Below, piece after piece: positions 61,060 to 64,000 of a stretch of 64,000 nt of DNA. The DNA is from an uncultured bacterium. GTDB taxonomy: Bacteria > Acidobacteriota > HRBIN11 > JAKEFK01. The stretch spans positions 160,001-224,000 of the forward strand of contig CAVZQN010000011.1 in the NCBI GenBank assembly GCA_963777505.1, read 5' to 3'. Below the pieces are notes generated by a model. The model was not told the origin of the DNA and searched no databases. It saw only the letters and a program-made list of their open reading frames with translations. Positions within the stretch are counted from its first letter, which is position 1, and each line of letters begins with the position of its first letter. The position numbers and the translations under genes were made by a program.

Positions 61060-61533
61060 ATGACACTCAAGACCCTTTGTTGTCCATACTGTAAGGAAAC
61101 GATTAGCGCGGCAAGAGGTCTTGTAAGGTGCAGAGCGTGCCGCACATTTCATCATCAACATTGTTGGGAATCCAATGGGCAATGTTCAGTGTATGGCTGT
61201 AAAGGAGTTGCCCTCCACTATAGAGGAAGATTTGGCAGGTTCGCCAAGTGGCCAATCAACGCAATTATTGTGGTCTCATTTACTGTAGCGGTCCTGCTTA
61301 GTGCTGCCGTCTTTGAAATTCCCTGGTTAGCGCATTTGACTTTTACGCTTGCTGGCTTTTCAACTTCATATCTATTTTTTAGCGCCTATCGCGATCCAGA
61401 GCGCAGCGATGTTACTCGTTGGTTATGGGATTCGTGTGAGAGGCAGTCAATTAGGGGTGCCAAATATTTGTGGATTCTATCAATCGGTTCAATAATCATT
61501 GCCATTGCAAATCTCGCATCGTTGTTCACTTGA
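61060..61533 (+). CDS. Cassette 2: prokaryotic RING finger family 1-like domain plus TM helices
   Basis: CPYCKE...VRCRACRTFHHQHCWESNGQCSVYGC followed by hydrophobic segments. Confidence 0.75.
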   Translation: MTLKTLCCPYCKETISAARGLVRCRACRTFHHQHCWESNGQCSVYGCKGVALHYRGRFGRFAKWPINAIIVVSFTVAVLLSAAVFEIPWLAHLTFTLAGFSTSYLFFSAYRDPERSDVTRWLWDSCERQSIRGAKYLWILSIGSIIIAIANLASLFT

Positions 61534-61549
61534 CAGTTTCTAATCGGCC

Positions 61550-61734
61550 AGCGAACAAGTCATTGCAGCCGACGCCTCCTGCGCCTCTTCAGGCGCCCGC
61601 TTTGCAATTTGCTAAAAATACATTTTTGAAAAAGAAAACATAAATCGGCTATCATCGATTGTGCTGGAACAAGCTTCGCAAAGCGTGCGCCTTCATTCGG
61701 CGCAGTTCGGCGCGGCTGAATTCCAGCGTTCGGC
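61550..61734 (+). other. attC2 (185 bp, long type)
   Basis: AGCGAAC...ATTGCAGC...GCTGAAT...GTTCGGC. Confidence 0.85.
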
Positions 61735-61740
61735 CTCATA

Positions 61741-62136
61741 ATGGGACAGAAGAATATACCCGGGATAATTATTTCTGCTCAGTGCGCAATCGTTTTCATA
61801 TTTTTTATACAGATAAGAATTGAGTATCAACAACCTCATTCACTTACAAACCTACTGGTTCTCTCACTAATTGCGATAGCTGTTTTGTCTGCAGCTGCAG
61901 GATTATACTTTCGTAGCCGTATTGCTAGAATCGTCGCATCTCTTCTTCTTATTTATGTAGGGTTCAGAGGCTTTTATCTCTTTCATGGGATGTATCAGTT
62001 AATTAAACCAATAGATTTAATTGAAACGTTTGTGTTTGGCATTCTAAACCTTGCTCATGCGTATTGCATCTATTTGGCAATTGCCTTGTTTCTGAGTCGC
62101 CAAGCAAAACTGTACTTTAGTAGCGAACGCATTTGA
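61741..62136 (+). CDS. Cassette 3: hypothetical four-TM membrane protein
   Basis: ORF fills the cassette; four hydrophobic segments. Confidence 0.7.
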   Translation: MGQKNIPGIIISAQCAIVFIFFIQIRIEYQQPHSLTNLLVLSLIAIAVLSAAAGLYFRSRIARIVASLLLIYVGFRGFYLFHGMYQLIKPIDLIETFVFGILNLAHAYCIYLAIALFLSRQAKLYFSSERI

Positions 62137-62137
62137 G

Positions 62138-62321
62138 GCCGAACAAGTCATTCGAGCGGACAACACCCGCGTCTCGCTCAGTCTTACTGCTTGCAAATAC
62201 TTTTAAAGGCATTTTGCTTACGAAAAAGTTTTTCGGTTATCATGGTCCGTGCTGGTGAAGAGTTGCAAGCAGCAAGCCTTCACTCGCCTGCGGCTGTTGC
62301 CGCTCAATTCCAGCGTTCGGC
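62138..62321 (+). other. attC3 (184 bp, long type)
   Basis: GCCGAAC...ATTCGAGC...GCTCAAT...GTTCGGC. Confidence 0.85.
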
Positions 62322-62327
62322 CACGCT

Positions 62328-62725
62328 ATGGACACGATGATCATAACCAGAGAACATGTCTGTCGAAAGCTTATCGATTGGCGTGAAGGTAGAATCACCT
62401 CCGCTGACATTTACGAATGGGCCGGATCTCTGTATCCCAATACCGATCATGATTACGAGGATTGGGAGGGAGATCAACAATCGGAGTCAGCACAAACGAA
62501 GTTCTCGGTGCTCTGGTCATGTTGAACTATGAATCTGAATGTCCCGAAGATGCAGAAATCTTCATAGAATTCCTGTCCACACCGGTGGGTCGCTTTCACG
62601 AAGGTTATGCGGTTCTCCTGAAAAAACTCGATGCCATAGACTATGACAAACGCAGGGTAATGTTGCGCGACGATCCACTCTATGCTCCGTTCCTCTCTCA
62701 ACCACACAATGATAAACTGGTCTAG
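62328..62725 (+). CDS. Cassette 4: hypothetical acidic protein, frameshifted near 62480
   Basis: ORFs 62328-62525 and 62462-62725 together fill the cassette. Confidence 0.55.
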
Positions 62726-62730
62726 GCGTG

Positions 62731-62815
62731 GCCGAACAACTCATTGCACCGGACGCTCACCGCGTCTTCGCTTCGCTCATCCGCGGATTCGCGCCTGTGA
62801 ATTCCAGCGTTAGCG
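62731..62815 (+). other. attC4 (85 bp)
   Basis: GCCGAAC...ATTGCACC...TGTGAAT...GTTAGCG. Confidence 0.88.
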
Positions 62816-62843
62816 GCGGTTTGAGTTCAAAGCGAGCTGTATC

Positions 62844-63242
62844 ATGGGAGTCACTGGAGAATCCGACGCAATAGATTCAATTCTACAGACATCGAGCCTT
62901 CGCCCTTACAAAGTGTGGCATGTTGGGGACGAACGAATACAGGGAAATGGTAAGGCAGGTATTCATGAGAGCTCTGGCTTCAACATCGATATAAGCAAAA
63001 ATGATGAGCTCTCTGAAGCAATTAAGGATGCAATAGCTTTTCTCAACAGTTGGAAGACCGAGCTACAAAAACTCTGTCAAACACAAGGCCTTGAACCTTC
63101 CGTTATTGATTTCGGATTATTTTGTGGAATTCATTACTTCGCTCATCATGATCATCTTCCTGCCACACTGATTCAACTGGCGGCTGAGAGTGGTCTAGCA
63201 ATCGAGCTATCTCATTACAGATCAGATTATAACGCCAGCTAA
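62844..63242 (+). CDS. Cassette 5: DUF4279-like protein
   Basis: PYKVWHVGD...SGFNIDIS...LPATLIQLAAESGLAIELSHY pattern. Confidence 0.55.
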   Translation: MGVTGESDAIDSILQTSSLRPYKVWHVGDERIQGNGKAGIHESSGFNIDISKNDELSEAIKDAIAFLNSWKTELQKLCQTQGLEPSVIDFGLFCGIHYFAHHDHLPATLIQLAAESGLAIELSHYRSDYNAS

Positions 63243-63406
63243 CAAGTCATTCGAGCGGACAACACCCGCTCTTGATTCAGATATTTGCCTTGCCTAATGA
63301 AAATAAACCTACAGGTTAGTGAAAGTCTCGGTTCATGATCGTTGGTGGCAGCAAGCAGCAAGCCTTCATTCGCTGGCGGCGTTGCCGCTCAACTCCAGCG
63401 TTATAC
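63237..63406 (+). other. attC5 (170 bp, long type, homologous to attC3)
   Basis: AGCTAAC...GTTATAC; shares AACAAGTCATTCGAGCGGACAACACCCGC with attC3. Confidence 0.85.
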
Positions 63407-63446
63407 GGCTTGAGCACAAACTTCAGTAACAGAATTGGAGGATAAC

Positions 63447-63839
63447 ATGACGCCCTATATCGACGGATTCGTACTCCCCGTGCCGCGCGACCAGCTAAAG
63501 TCGTATAGAGAAGTTGTTGAAAAGGTAGCGGAGATTTGGAAGGAACATGGCGCACTCGATTACTCAGAATATGTTGGTGACGATTCAAATTTGGAGGGCA
63601 CCCGATCTTTCCCTGATGTCGCGAACACAAAGGAGGATGAAGTCGTCATCTTTGGATGGGTCGCATTCGAATCTCGTGAAGCGCGTGATCTTGCTAATAA
63701 GAGGGTCGCAGCCGACCCAAGGATGTCGGATTTGATCAATCCACTGACGAATACATCGAGGCCGGTTTTTGATGCTAAGCGGATGGTGTATGGAGGATTC
63801 CGGTCGCTCGTTCAATCATCTAGTCAGAACGCCGTATAA
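63447..63839 (+). CDS. Cassette 6: DUF1428 (YbaA) family protein
   Basis: YIDGFVLPVP...WKEHGALDY.E.VGDD...FDAKRMVYGGF; SD GGAGGA. Confidence 0.9.
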   Translation: MTPYIDGFVLPVPRDQLKSYREVVEKVAEIWKEHGALDYSEYVGDDSNLEGTRSFPDVANTKEDEVVIFGWVAFESREARDLANKRVAADPRMSDLINPLTNTSRPVFDAKRMVYGGFRSLVQSSSQNAV

Positions 63840-63905
63840 CAAGCAAATGCAGCCGACAAATTTTCCGCTGCGCTCCAAATTTGCGGCTGATTTGCGGCGT
63901 TCGGC
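63834..63905 (+). other. attC6 (72 bp)
   Basis: GTATAAC...AATGCAGC...GCTGATT...GTTCGGC. Confidence 0.9.
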
Positions 63906-63913
63906 GTGACGAA

Positions 63914-64000
63914 ATTCTGCGAATTTTTCTTTTATTAGTATTTGTTTTGCCCTTTTTTGCTTGTAGCGGTCGCACAAAGTCCAATCCAAAATCTGCCTCG
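63914..64000 (+). CDS. Cassette 7 (partial): possible lipoprotein N-terminus with no canonical start codon visible
   Basis: Frame reads ILRIFLLLVFVLPFFA-CSGRTK to the window edge. Confidence 0.3.
   Translation, partial: MLRIFLLLVFVLPFFACSGRTKSNPKSAS

Larger units (their letters stand above)
60621..64000 (+). mobile_element. Integron cassette array: 60621-61034, 61035-61728, 61729-62315, 62316-62809, 62810-63400, 63401-63899, 63900->edge
   Basis: Each cassette start is complementary to its own inverse core site; six attC hairpins. Confidence 0.93.

Noticed and set aside
1-64000. rRNA, tRNA, tmRNA, riboswitch or prophage
   Set aside because: No recognisable cloverleaf, rRNA or phage structural signatures by eye; tRNAscan-SE and Infernal would be needed to exclude them formally

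Overview
This is a gene-dense bacterial chromosomal window, GC roughly mid-40s% by eye. The gene content (TolB-N/TPR Ser/Thr kinases, FHA-sigma54 activator, futalosine mqnD, Npt-HEAT-cNMP fusion, MlaD-OmpA fusion) suggests an Acidobacteriota-like diderm; that assignment is inference. Contents: signalling and stress genes (PAS-GGDEF-EAL, two STKs, CheB/CheR fusions, ferritin-like, CBS, CsbD, LigD polymerase domain), core genes (mlaEFD, lnt, prfB with programmed frameshift, acpS, mqnD, aroF, iscS, mnmA, PMM), two uncharacterised envelope operons, and a chromosomal integron at the right end (frameshifted intI, attI, six complete cassettes and the start of a seventh). Most notable: (1) a self-contained module at 50177-58687 with a TPR kinase, an FHA-bEBP, a sigma54 promoter with tandem palindromic UAS, and a beta-barrel/Ig/small-secreted-protein operon; (2) 170-185 bp attC sites, two carrying an embedded sigma70-like promoter; (3) three cases of a diverged second copy of a gene end (iscS 5', lnt 3', ORF42579 3'), two of them at REP/MITE-like repeats; (4) apparent leaderless and bidirectional promoters; (5) a catalytically degenerate MshEN-PilB. 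Many single-base frameshifts may be long-read assembly errors. No rRNA, tRNA or CRISPR array was seen. All domain calls are by eye, without database searches.
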